From contig NC_045697.1 in the NCBI RefSeq assembly GCF_009834535.1, positions 46,192,001 to 46,256,000 on the forward strand: 64,000 nt of DNA, written 5' to 3'. Positions 1 through 12,603 of this stretch are shown piece by piece. The notes beneath the pieces are model-generated. The model searched no databases. It was not told the DNA's origin and saw nothing but the letters and a program-made list of their open reading frames with translations. Every line of letters begins with the position of its first letter. The stretch's first letter is position 1. This DNA is from Camelus ferus (Eukaryota). The translations under genes and the position numbers were made by a program.

Positions 1-57
1 GTTCAAAGCCACAGGGTTTGTAGTAATTAATTATGGAAGCCTTAGGAAACAAATACA
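1..57 (+). mobile_element. MaLR MLT1 LTR 3' terminus (truncated by the window edge)
   Basis: gtttgtagtaattaattatggaagccttaggaaacaaataca resembles the MLT1 end. Confidence 0.55.
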
Positions 58-174
58 TTTACCTTGTTATGTTTTTAGATTTAGAGCTCTATCAAGGGAG
101 GCTCACATCTTAGAAGAGCCCTCATATAGTTTTAGTTTCTTTATATAAGATTGGGAGCTGGATATTTTTGGTTC

Positions 175-596
175 TGGCCTGATTGAGCATGACTGATTAG
201 CTCACTGGCTATTGGTGATTGACTCAATCTCTAGCTCCCTTTCCCTCCCTGGAGATCAGAAACTGGCACTGAAAGTTCCTTCCAACCCTCTATTCATAGT
301 TGGTTACCCTGGCCAAAAGTCACCTTCTTTAATGTAAACCTAGTTGTGGTGGAAAGGGGCTTGTGATGAATAATAAAACACCTGTTTCACCTTTGTGGCT
401 CTGAAGCATTTTCAGGCACTAAGGATAAGAGACCAAGTATAACAAAAGATGTTCCTATTGCTGTTATTGCTCAGGAAATTCCAAGGGATTTGGGAGCTGT
501 GAGCCAGGAACTCTGAATGAAGACCAAATATATATGAGAAATGTATTTTGGTCATCTGAATGATCAAAAATGTGTATTTCTTATAAATCACAATTT
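175..596 (-). mobile_element. MER21-like LTR
   Basis: attggtgattgactcaatctc...ggaaaggggcttgtgatgaataa...tcaggaaattccaaggg...gagccaggaa...agaccaaatatat resembles MER21. Confidence 0.7.
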
Positions 597-2452
597 CTAG
601 CTGGCCATGGGATTTTTGTTTGCTTCTCTGTTTTAAGAGAGCTAAGTATTCAATTATACTGATTTTTAACTTTAGAGTCTTCCTGTGTTTACGAACAAAA
701 ACAAAAACAAAAACTAGATGCTAGCTGAAAATCTCAGTCAAAGATCTAAATGAATATTGAAAAATAAGTCTTGGTATTTGAATTTTTCTGTTTTAACCTG
801 GATTTTGAATGTCACTGACTATAGCCTTCATGTTAATTAACTTCAATCAAATGGAGACTATGATTTTAGCAAGAAATGTCAGAAAGAATAGGATAAGAAA
901 AATATGTCAACTCTCACTATTCACGTTGCAGGCTTTAACTCCAAAATAATAGAATGACAGGCTATCTAAATTTATTCATGCAGAACAATTACTTCCCATA
1001 TCCGATTCATTACCATAGAGCCATGCTAACTCATGGTAGATTCATCTCTTTTATTTGCTTTCTCTGAAGGCATTTTTTTCACTTTACTGTTTACTGCTTG
1101 TCCAATATTTTGTTTTTTCTACTATTCTTTGTTCAAACTGCAAAAATCTGAAATAAAAATATAATATAGAAGTATAGGCATCAGCTAACATTTTCTATGG
1201 CATATGGTACTTCAGATGCCATATGTACCAGTGTTTAGTGATTCTGGCAAAGAGGCATAGAATGGTGAAATCCAACTGCCAGGATTGCTGAAAACAAATA
1301 TGTAAATGCTCCAGGGCTTTTGTTATTCATAACATACCTCTAACACAGCACATACAATATGCTGTTCATTCTGTAACTAGTATAACTAATAAACCACATT
1401 TTCCTCTCTTATTTTTTAAGGCTTCTCCAAGTCTGTGTGGTCTTCTGCCTCTAACCTTGAATCTCACTACTGAACTCTGCATTTCATGAGGCTCATATTA
1501 ATGAAAGAGGCCTAGGGGAATACATTCATCCTTTTTCAAGGGCATTTATTTATTTTTCAAATTAAAATCCGAAGTCTTCTGCAGGCCTCTTCTATGAAAC
1601 AAAGAAAACACACTGGGCATGTTCTCTAGGCAGCACAGTCACTAGAGGAAAGCAGCTAACACCAGGAAAGGCAAATCTGGGCAGGAGAACAGGAAAAGTT
1701 CCTTTGCTGTGAGGCTGCCCAGTGGTCTTCCCAACAGTGAAGCTCCACAGGATGTAATGTGACAAGAGGTCTGTAGATACAATTACTTTGAGAAGTGGAA
1801 ATAATGATAATTGTAATAACTTTTAAGCCTGTATGAAATGATCACAATTTAGAAAATAAAAGTTGACCTTGTTTGTTTTGTTGGCCTTTCTCTGCTGGTT
1901 TAGACATGGCTGATGGGAAGCATACCTAATCTCCTCTTTTCTGTTTCATAGATGGGAAATGTACACAAAGTGGAAAGAACAGCAGACTAGCGGCTAGGCA
2001 ACTTAGAGGTCATTACTTTCCATTTGTCGTCAGACAAGCCGTTTAACCTCTTTGAGCCTGTTTCCATATGCACGATGAGGATAATAGCTTCCCTGGGGAT
2101 ATTACTGTGAGGATAATATGATATAATCTTTGTGGAAGTGCACTTATCTAGCATTATTATTATTAAAAAAGAAGCGTCTGTAGATTTACTGGTAGTTTAG
2201 AGACCTAAGGAGGCTTGTACGACTTACCACCGAGTATTTTTCTGTGCACACAAAAACCTAGAAGGAATATGGGAAATGGAAAGTTGTGAAACATGCCAGT
2301 AAGATTGTCAGCAATGAAAATGACTCCTCCTTGGCTTGAATCTTGTAGGTTGAAATCAAGTGAAAGTGACAGTTTTATAGGTAAAAAATGGTCTAATCTA
2401 GGGAATTTCGCTTGGTTTTCCTTAGCTATTTTGATGGATTCCCCATGATAAC

Positions 2453-2453
<1 letters not shown>

Positions 2454-2491
<38 letters not shown>
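2454..2491 (+). repeat. (AC)19 microsatellite
   Basis: Perfect AC run. Confidence 0.97.
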
Positions 2492-2494
<3 letters not shown>

Positions 2495-5400
2495 CCCTTT
2501 CCTTTCCAGCAGTAACCAGTAACTGGAAGAGCAGTCTGATTTCCATTTCTGTTTAATAGCTTCTTCCCTTTCTATCACCCCTGATTAATCACCGAGTTAT
2601 TCTGTTTGTTAACTGAGGTGCCCCTCAAAGGTGAACCTCTCATTTTCATGGCTATGCCTCAGTCCAGGTCCTCATTTCTTGTTTAGGTTATTGAAATATT
2701 CTACCTAATATTCAACCTAATAATTTTGTGATGGCAGCAATGGTAATTTGAAGACATTGGGAAGGGGAGTGAGAATGGAGTCTGTAGGATCAAGAAACTG
2801 CCTCCTGGTTTTAGTCTGAGATCCAGGGTATAATCATGAAAAGATGTTAGGGACGTTAACAGAAGGTTGGGAGGGGAAACTGAATGCCTGGGAGACAGAT
2901 TCTGAGAGCTGCTCCAGAGAGGAACTTAGATCTATGATCAAGGAGCTCTAACTCCCATTAGAGCAGTTGCTGGAATTACCCATCCTGTGACCTCACTGTC
3001 AGACATTGGGACTGGGGGATAAACCTCTTCTTATCTATAGGTGAACATTGTCTGGAAGGATTGCTTCTCTGGGAAACTTGGGAACTTAGACTTTCTACAG
3101 GAAAAGAGTGTTGCAGGAACCCTACGGAAAAATTCCCCACTTGGCCTGAGGTCCCTGGTATATTACCATGTATAATAACTTTTCTTTTCCATGGGTAAAA
3201 ATAAGACTGGTAAATTCCGACTATTTTTCTTAAACAAGGTGGCTCAAGGTTGCTGGGCTCTGTTATGAAAAGCTCCACCACTGAAATGAAAGAAAAATGG
3301 ATCCTTTTTAAAGCTCCTTTTGTTAGGAATTATGCTTGATTAGTATTTTGATATGTGTATATCCATGTATAAAATAAGGAAAACCTTTTCCAAGAAAGAT
3401 TAAAGGATGTTACAAGTGCATTTCACCACAGGTGAAATCATTTCAAATTTCTGCCTGGAAAAAATGATAAAAAATACTATGTGTAAGAACACCATTTCTC
3501 CTTCCAGCTAAGCCATATTGGACAAACCTGCAGAGAGCCAGCAATTAGGAGCAAGGAATCCCTCCGTCATTGGCCCCAGTTATGATGAAATAATGCCAAT
3601 TCTGGGACTGTTAACAATTAGAATGTTTTTAATCTTCAGACAGAGATGTCTAGCTTAATCCTCAAATTCAGCAGAAACTGTGACATGTTGTTACCCTGGT
3701 TTTATTATTGACCTAGGACTTGTTAGATATATCTGCTCTATTAGAGGAGTCCTTCAATAAGAAAAAAATAATAATCGTGATGAAAGCTCAAAATAGCTTG
3801 CCTCTGATCATTAGAAGGAACCAATGTAATGCAGACATACTCCAGAGAATAGTATCAACCACCATTGATGCAAATTCTCAGGTGAGACTGGGTTATGATG
3901 CTTGCTTAGATTTTTGCATAAAGAAGTTCAGACTACCTTCATGAACTTCTAGTAAATAGATTTTGAAAAATTCAGAAAGGACAGAGAAAAGTGCTTCAGA
4001 ACAAAGTAGGGCTCCCAAGAAGAGTACACACCTTAACCCAGGGCAGACATATTGATCAATGGGTCAATCAATCAGTTAATCAACTTAATACCTTAGAACC
4101 ACAGTCTGTAAGAGACACTGAAGACGGAATATGAATATGACACAGTCTCAACCCTCAAGGAGGTTATATTTTAATAGAAGAGTAAGAAGAGAAAAAACAA
4201 AAGATGATGAGGGCCTCATTATAGCCTCATTATATGAGGTGGGGAGTGATTCATTCTGTTCGGGTTGGTCAGAGAAGGGTTCACAGAAGGAGATTATCTG
4301 AGATTGATCTTGAGAGATGAATAGGAGCCTGCTATAAAGGGAGGGAGGACATCACAGTCAGGCTGAACAGCAAGTAGTGGACTTTAGAGGGCCCAAGAGA
4401 ATCATATTGGAAAGAGCAGGAAACAAAAGATTGGGAAATAAAAGATTGGGATGTAATAAAATATGGGTTACAGAAAAGGTAAGCTGGGGAGATGAAGAAA
4501 AAACAGAGATTTGGGAACTTGGAAATGCAGTAACTAAATTTTGTTAGTAATTTGCAGGATAAGGAAATTACTGAGTCCAGTTATTGTGATTAGTCAGCTA
4601 GTAGGTGCAAATGTGTACTTTGGCTAGGTAGGATCTCAGCATTATTCCATCAATGTGACGTGTTTTCTAAGTAAGTAAGTAATTATTTATCATTATAATA
4701 ATTATTAGTTTAATAATAACTCAGGCACACATGTTGCCATTAAAGAATTAACAAAATATCTCTGTATCTCCATCTATATCCATATATTTTATGGAATATT
4801 AATATATACATATATATGCACATGTGTGCATATGCACACACATGCCCACACACGTGTGCACGCACACACACACACCCCGAATGTACTTTAGAAAAGAGCC
4901 AAACCCCTTTATGATAAATTTTCCAACAGAATAAACAATCTTGAATATAATGCAAAGCTTGCCAAGTCCTGTCAGAAAGCTCTTGTGGCTCAGTGCGATT
5001 CTCGGATGGTGAAGAACCGCTAAAATAACCCCTTCACTCAGACTCCTGTGAGTCCCTGCAGGGAGCTTTCATTGCAGTTGTCACTGTGAAAAAGCAATCA
5101 ATTTTAATATATAGATACACAGAGGGTAAAGGCATGTGAGTATATGTGTGTGTGTGTGCTCTCTTGAATATGTATGTATATAGAGCGACAGCTAGGTCTT
5201 TGCTCTAATAAAATGTATGTATGAATAATTGGGAGGAAGGGCTGTTAGGGTTTCAGTGTCTTCTTTTTCACTCAGTAGAGTTCAAAACAATTTTTATTAG
5301 AGCTAGTAGAGATTTCCGTATAGGTTATATTAATGGAATGGATTTTTTAGTACACACCCAATAGAATAAAATAGTCACATAGAATGGTATTTTTCAAATA

Positions 5401-5627
5401 ATAGGTTGTGATTTATTAGGAGGTAATGAAATAAACTAAAAGAGTTGGGGCCAGCATTTTACAAAATGAAGTAGGGTAGAAGAGAAAACTATGAGAAAGT
5501 GTAGGTAGCATGCACTAAGCTTAAGTATTATTTTGTGAAAACTTTGTCTAAGTGTGTCTGTGTATTGGAATATAATTTCCACTTTAAAATGTGGACTATA
5601 ATTTTAAAAACATTGAAATTTGCTGAC

Positions 5628-5992
5628 TATATTAGTTGGCCTTGGTCAACAGAACAAGATACCGTAACTGGGTGGTTTAACAACAGAAATTAATTTTCTC
5701 ACAGTTCCAAAGGCTGGAAGTCAGAGTTCAGGGTGCCAACAGCGTTGGATTCTGGTGAGAACTCTCTCCTTGGCTTGCAGACCGCTGCCTTCTTCATGTG
5801 GTTGGGAGAGAGAGAGAGTAAGCTCTTTGGTGTCTCTTTTCATAAGGGCACTAAGCCCACCATCCGGGTTCCATCCTCATGAACTGATCTAAACCTCATC
5901 ACCTCCCAAAGGCCTCTTCTCCGAATACCATCATGTTGGGAGTTAGGGCTTCAACAGATGAATTTTGGAGGGACGAAATTCAGTTCATAGCA
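5628..5992 (-). mobile_element. MLT1A-like solo LTR
   Basis: aacaacagaaattaattttctcacagttc...ggctggaagtc...acctcccaaaggcc...cagttcatagca. 5-bp TSD ctgac/ctaac. Confidence 0.85.
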
Positions 5993-6409
5993 CTAACATA
6001 GAGTTTATATCTGAATTTTGTGTTCAGTTTACAGTGTTACCATACTGGAGACTGTAAATTCCCTGAAGGCAATTATTGGATATATTTTATCTTTACACCC
6101 TCCACAGCCCCAGCAGTGTCATATACTAACTGCTAGAAGATCACAAAATGGTTATCAGACAAATGTTGAGAGCTCCAGATGCTTATATTTAAAAGGATAA
6201 TAAGGGTAATATTTTGCATTGATTTGGCACTTACTACTTCACAGAGTGCTTTCTATAAATGATCTCGTTGATAATTTGGAACTATTATTTTAGAAGGAAG
6301 CATGCAGAATGTTGCATTAGTAGGTTTAATTATTTCCTAAGTGTGCTTCACATTACAGTGGTACACAATAAGACATCATTTAAGTAGACCCTAACATTTG
6401 TGTTAGGAA

Positions 6410-6560
6410 AGCACCAGGGTTTTATGGGGCCTGAAGCTTGTCAAATTTTGGAGAATTTCATTAAGAGCTAGAATACAAAATATGAATAGAATATTAGGTG
6501 CAATCTTGAATATTTATTTAGAAGGAAAAAAGAAATTGTAAAAAATTTAAAAACTGACAA
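6410..6560 (+). mobile_element. hAT fragment (MER53-like)
   Basis: ccagggttttatggggcctgaagctt...gaatacaaaa...gaatatttatttagaa. Confidence 0.45.
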
Positions 6561-6589
6561 ATACCTAATTTCCGAATGTAGGCTGATAA

Positions 6590-6793
6590 AATAGAGAAAT
6601 AAAATTGATATTTGTAGATTAACCCCTTGTACCCTGTGATTTTGCTTAGCTCACGTGTGTTGTTTTGGGATTTTTTTTTTTTTTGTAGATTCTTTAGGAT
6701 TTTCTACATAGACCATGTGTCCTTTATGAAAAAAAAGAGAAATTTTAAATTTCCTTTTTTGAACTTGAGTGGCTTTTTAATTATTATTATTTC

Positions 6794-6878
<85 letters not shown>

Positions 6879-8440
6879 TGCCTTGTTTCCCTGGCTAAGA
6901 TCTCCAAGGCAATGTTGAATAAAATTGCTGAGAATGACCATCCTTGCCTTATTCCAAAATTATAGTTGAAGTAACTACTCATTCACTACTGAGTATTCTA
7001 CTGGTGATAGATTTTTTTTTTTATAGATATCTTTTAGGTTGAGGAAATTCCTTTCTATCTATAGTTTATGGAGAGTTCTATCAGATATGGATGTTCAATT
7101 TAATCAACCATTCTTTTTTTTGTATTTATTGAATTGATCTTTTCAGCAATTTGATTATTATGTGTCTTGCCATGTTTTTCTTCTAGTTTTTCCTGCTTGG
7201 GATTCAGAGTTAGATTTGTGGGGTTTTAATATATGTAGTATTTTAATCAAACTTGGAAATTTTTCATCTGTTATTTTTTCAAATACTCTGTTCTGTCTCC
7301 ACTTTATTCTCTCATTTTGGAGTTCAACCACTTATAAGTTTGACCAGTTTGCTAATGCTCTGCCCACTTATTTTTCAGTATTTTTTTCTTCTGTCTTTCA
7401 TTTTGGAAAGTTAATGTTGTTATGTCTTCAAATTCACTGATATTTTTCTCCTCTAATATCTAATTCGCTCTTGATCCTGTTCCATGTCTTTTTTTCTTTT
7501 CAGGTATAGTATTTTACATCTCTAGAGGTAAAATTTTTTTACATAACTCCCATTTATGGTCATGTTTTCTGTTACTTTCTTAAATATATGGAGCTTATTT
7601 ATATTAACTGTTTTAATATTCCTGTCTGCTAGTTTCATCATTCACGTAAATTTTCTTTGTGTTTCTATACTTTGATTTTCATTCTGGTTATAAGTCATAT
7701 TTTCTTGTTTATGTGAATGTCTTGCAATTTTTGATTAGACACCCGACATTGGGAATTTATGTTGCTGACTGATGAATTCTGATAATTCTTTTGAGTAATG
7801 TTAGAATTTGGTCAGGTCCACAGTTAATCAGTTGCACTTTTTTGAGATTTAATCTTTGTTTGTGTGGATAACCCTTTAGACTGGGATTAATTTAGCTCCA
7901 CTACTAAGTTGATGCCCTTCTGAGAATTCCATCTGATGCCCATGTATTATGAGATTTTTCCATTCTGACTGATGGGAGGACAAACTATTTCCAGCCTTAT
8001 GTGAGCTCCAGAATTGTTTTGCCTATTCCTCTTAGGTATTTTCCCGCCTGACCTTTCAAAGTTTTTTTCTTAGACATGTGCAGACCAATACTCCACCAAA
8101 GACAGTGGGACCCATTGCAGAGCTATGGAGCCCTTTCTATGTAGAGCCCTGCAAGTTGTAGCTGCCTTGAACTCTGTCCCTGTCTTCTCATCGAGGCAGT
8201 ACTCCTGATCTTTGTTTGAGTTCTTCCTTCCTGTTCTATGGACTGAAAACCATCTCCAAACAGTAGGCTGGTAAAAATGTAGGATTCAACTTGTCTCTGA
8301 TCTCTCAGGGATCGCAGTCCTGTGCTGCTTGTTGTCTCACGTCTGAACATTATTTCTTCATACATTTGTCCATGTTTTTAGTTGTTAAAGTATTAGAGTA
8401 AATCTGGTCCCTCGTATTTCATCTAGTCAGAATTTGAAGT
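6590..8440 (-). mobile_element. Old LINE-1 (L1M-type) fragments
   Basis: T-rich antisense L1 tracts such as tagattctttaggattttctacatagac, aggttgaggaaattcctttct and aaacttggaaatttttca. Confidence 0.7.
6795..6878 (+). repeat. (ATT)28 microsatellite
   Basis: Perfect ATT run of 84 bp inside an L1 fragment. Confidence 0.97.
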
Positions 8441-11400
8441 CTACAATATTTTATTTAATGTCTGCATAGTATTCCATTTTATGGATACCAGACTTTAGTT
8501 GTCTGTTGTTGGATATTTACATTTTTCTAATCATTAAAATTCTTATGCATAAATATTATGAAAATTATTGTGCATATATATTTCTACCCTTAATTAATTT
8601 TTTAGGTAAAATTTCTGAGAGTATGTAAAAACCAAGACATTTTGGGTAAATTTTATGGTTTTTACTTATCTCGTTTAAAATCAGTGCAGGGATTCCTTAG
8701 GAGCTTACTAAATAGCAGTCTTCTTCAATATCTAATTTTCAAACAAACTGATATACAATGTAAAGGAAAAGCAGTAGGCTAAAATAGAACCCTGTTGCCT
8801 AGAGAAGTTAAGTTAGACCATGTGAAAGCTAAATGAGCCTGCTAACGGAGCCCAGGGTTAGGAGAAATGCCCAGGTACAGATAATGCTGGACCAGGGGGA
8901 GCTTCACTATAGGGACACTCTGTCTCTGGAGGAGGAATGGGTGGCTTGTTCCCAGCAGAAGGCCACTGACAACAGGTTCTCAGGAAGCAGCAGGAAGGAG
9001 CTGAGCCAACAACACTCCAGTTTATTCTTCCCAGATCTGCCAATCAGGTAAGTCATTACACTCCACAGTAAAGCTGTATAAAAAAATACCAGCATTTGCA
9101 CTACTTAAGATCTCTCCATAGAGAAGAAAATATCAGGAGCGAGTAAGAAATATTTCTCTGCTAATATCAAGTTAATAGTTATTGATAACTTACTATATGT
9201 CAAGTAACATGTATTGTTTTATTAAATCCTTACGTTGACCCTACGAAGTAGGTACCATTTTACAGGTGAGGCTGGAGCTCAGTGTGGAGGAAAATCACCC
9301 ATGATAGTTCAATGTTCCTGAGCGTGGTTTGCAGGTCACCTGCGTCAGAAGGACTGAGGTGGCTTTTTAAATTGCAGTAGGTGGTACAATCTCCAAAACA
9401 TGTGAGGAAGTATATAACTTTTATAAAATTTACATAACTGAATTTAATTTCTGCCTAGAGGCCCTGTTCTCAATTGATGACAGAAACATTAAATCTACTG
9501 ACATTCAGAAAACCCAGGAATTCATGGATTATCCTATCGCTGTAGGTTTAAATTTACTCAGATTCAGAGTTCTGCTTTACCCTCTTTTCCTGAGATCATA
9601 TCTAAGTTCCACAGTTACTTTTTAGTGGTCCCATGACATCAGAGGTTTGGTCTAAATCGTCCTCCTCCTCGATCTTTACTGACCAGAAATTTCGCATTCA
9701 CACCTAATTCTGCTTTCTCTCTGCAGGGTTCCCTTCCCTCTAGGTGAGTAAGCTCCATCTTTTCTTGGGCTAGGGGTGGGCGGGAAAATGGGATGTTATC
9801 TGATTCTTCCCCAAATCCATGGTCTATGGTATGGTCCTTGAATTTTGCCATTCACCATAAGCCTTTCTTCCCCTTTCAAAGTTGAAGGTTCTGTGGAATT
9901 AAATTTTCTGTTGAAAAGTAATATGTTGATTCTTCTTTTTATTATTATTATTTTTTGCCCTGAGGTAATGCTGCTTCTGAATGAATAGGGGAAAAGCAAC
10001 AGGAAAATTTAGTAGTGGGGTGAAAATGGCTAGAGAAACCTCACTTGTTATCTCCGAATATTAGCCTCTTTTATGAAAATGCAGAAGGATTTTGAATCAG
10101 AACCCCTGGGCATGGGGCCTGGGAATCAGCATTCTAGCAGGTTCTCCAGTTTGGATACCTGTCTCAGGTGGATTCCAGAGGATTTTGAGGAGACTGAAGA
10201 TGTAGGTGTCATAATGACATGAATGCTTAGATGCTCAGAATAGATATTTTAAAAATTTACTTGGACTTATCAGAATGCATGTACTAGGGCATACAGGAGC
10301 CTTCCATAAAGTATTTTGTCTTTCACTCTTCTGTCTACACTTTCCCCCTGAGCTTTGCCTTCTTCCTCTGTACCTTCAGTCTCAGTTTTCCAAGGCTCCC
10401 CTCCTTCCCTCTCCTAGCTGTGGCGGGTGGCTGTGAATGGGGTGGGAAGATTATAACTATCAGGCATCTATGATGTTCCTGAAACTTTATACGTCTGGGT
10501 TAATCTGCACAACATTCAGTTTATTCTCAGAAAGGTTAAATAAACTGTTCAAGACTGCACAGGTAGCAGGTGGCAGATCTGGGATTAAAATCCAAGCCCA
10601 TCTGGTGCCAAAAGTGGGCTTTAATTATACTAATTATCAGGCTGCGCCTATAAAAGACATTTTATATGTTGTATTGTATTTTCTGTTTTAGATTTCCAAT
10701 AATAGTACTTTTGTTTATATGGCACTTTACAAAGTGCTCTAAGGAGTCAATTTAAGGTGTCTTGATTAATATTGATGTGGGTTTGAAGCTCAGGCTAACA
10801 GTTTTGTGAACAAGTTCACCTCTGAAATCCCTACATTTCTCTCTCTCTCTTCTCTCTCTCTCTTTTTTTTTTTTTTTGTTTCTGTTTTAGGATCTATTTC
10901 AAAGCATTAAAAAAAAACATATATGTTACAATACTTCTTTATCTGAATGTGCTTACTCAGGTCTAAGGTATCTGAAGCCCCCCTTTGTGTGAGATCACCT
11001 TTCTTAATGGCATTTTGGTGCAGAGTGGTTGAACTACTAGTTGTTAAGAGAAGACACAGGACAAGTATGGAAGCAAGGGGACAAGAGTTTCCAGAGAGAA
11101 GGAGAAGGGACACTTGTTAATTGCCTTTTGGCCTGTTGGCCCTTTCAGGTGCCTGAGGTCCAGCGTCCTTTAAGACACAGCCTCACCTCTTTCTCGGTCT
11201 CATGTGGGTGCGGCTGGCTGCACCCGAGGGCCGTCCTGTCTGCGCAGCCTGCTGTGCCAATGCCCTTGTCTTTCTCTCTTTATGCCCCTGGAAAGTGTAG
11301 ATGTATTCATGTACTTCTTGATGTACTCCAGGGTAGCGTATTATTAAAGTACAATTACATTAAAAAGTATATCTATCAAAAGCATTTCTCCCCTTAATAA

Positions 11401-12169
11401 ATGAGGGAAAGTGTGAATTCAGCTATTCTTTGAAGACACTGAATCTGTATAGTGGGGGTGACATTAACATAAAACTCTTCCTCTTGAGCCCCCTTAGCTG
11501 GATAGTGTGGGTTGTGCTGAGGCAGCAGTTAAACTTGCCAATTAAAATGATCTCAGTCTCCCGGTTTTAAGCAGCCCCGTTATATATAACTGTTCAGACA
11601 TTCCAAAATTCACCTTTCTATGACTCCTCCTTTCCTATCCTACTTGAAGGATATCTGGATTCAAGAGGGCTTATCTGTTCTCATGGTCATGGGAAAAGAG
11701 ATTGTGTTCTCCCTGGGTTCTGGGCCACGACCCTCATCCTTCCTCCTCACCTCACCCTTATGGATCACTTGCGGAATTCTGAGGCTAGTGAAACTTGTTG
11801 TCTGGTCTCTTGGTATGGCCAAGGCACTGTGATCTTCCACTTACAAAAGTTGCTCCGCCTTAGCTCTTGGTGGCATTGCTGGTCCTCAGCAGTTTTAACA
11901 ATGATGTCACCTCTTACTCTAGCAGGCTTTCCGACTCTCAACTCGGTTACGTCATGTCAGAGTTTCTAAATCTCTTACAAACCTCACAGAGAAAGACTCA
12001 GAAGGTACTATTTCTTGCCCCCCTCCTTTTGTGCTTCCGTGTCACATCACAGTTTCTAATCTCCATCAGCTATCCTGTGTTGTTGCTGGGCAACTTAGGT
12101 GGTGATGTGCCAGAATTCCAAATGAAAAAGGGAAGAAACTTTTTACTTCCCATTTTATTTACTTGTATA

Positions 12170-12603
12170 TCTTAATGGCCTTCCTCCCCAGAAGGAGTGC
12201 TAGAAACAAACATTTGAGAGCACATATTTGGGAGAATATCTGTGGAAACAGTGGTAAGGGAGTAAGGAAGTGAGACCGAGAAGGGAAGCCAATAAAGAGT
12301 GCATTATCCAGCAACCAAGATACGGTTTGAAACGGAGCAGAACGTACGCCTCAGCGTTATCGAGTCCAAGGTAGCGGGGAGTTGGAATACTGACATACAA
12401 TGCCCACTGGTCACTCGTTGATCTTATGGGGCATTCATTTGCAAGAACTCTCTGTGTGCTGTGTGTGGAGGCAGGGCAGGCTTTGATAGCCAGAGAAAGC
12501 CAACAGGCAAAGAGATAAAGGTCCTTCGCTGGAAGTCAGGCTGGCATGCACAGATGGTAAGTGCTGAGGGGACATGGCTGGGGCGTCAACAGCATCTGCT
12601 ACA
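12170..12603 (-). mobile_element. ERVL-class LTR (LTR33/LTR41-like), 3' LTR of the adjacent provirus remnant
   Basis: Minus strand begins TGTAGCAGATGCTGTTGACGCCCC. The body resembles ERVL LTRs. Confidence 0.65.

Noticed and set aside
2205..2546. 113-aa ORF with a CVCVCV run
   Set aside because: The run comes from the (AC)19 repeat, and there are no recognisable protein features.
6627..6982. Poly-isoleucine ORFs on both strands
   Set aside because: They are translations of the (ATT)n microsatellite inside a dead L1 fragment.
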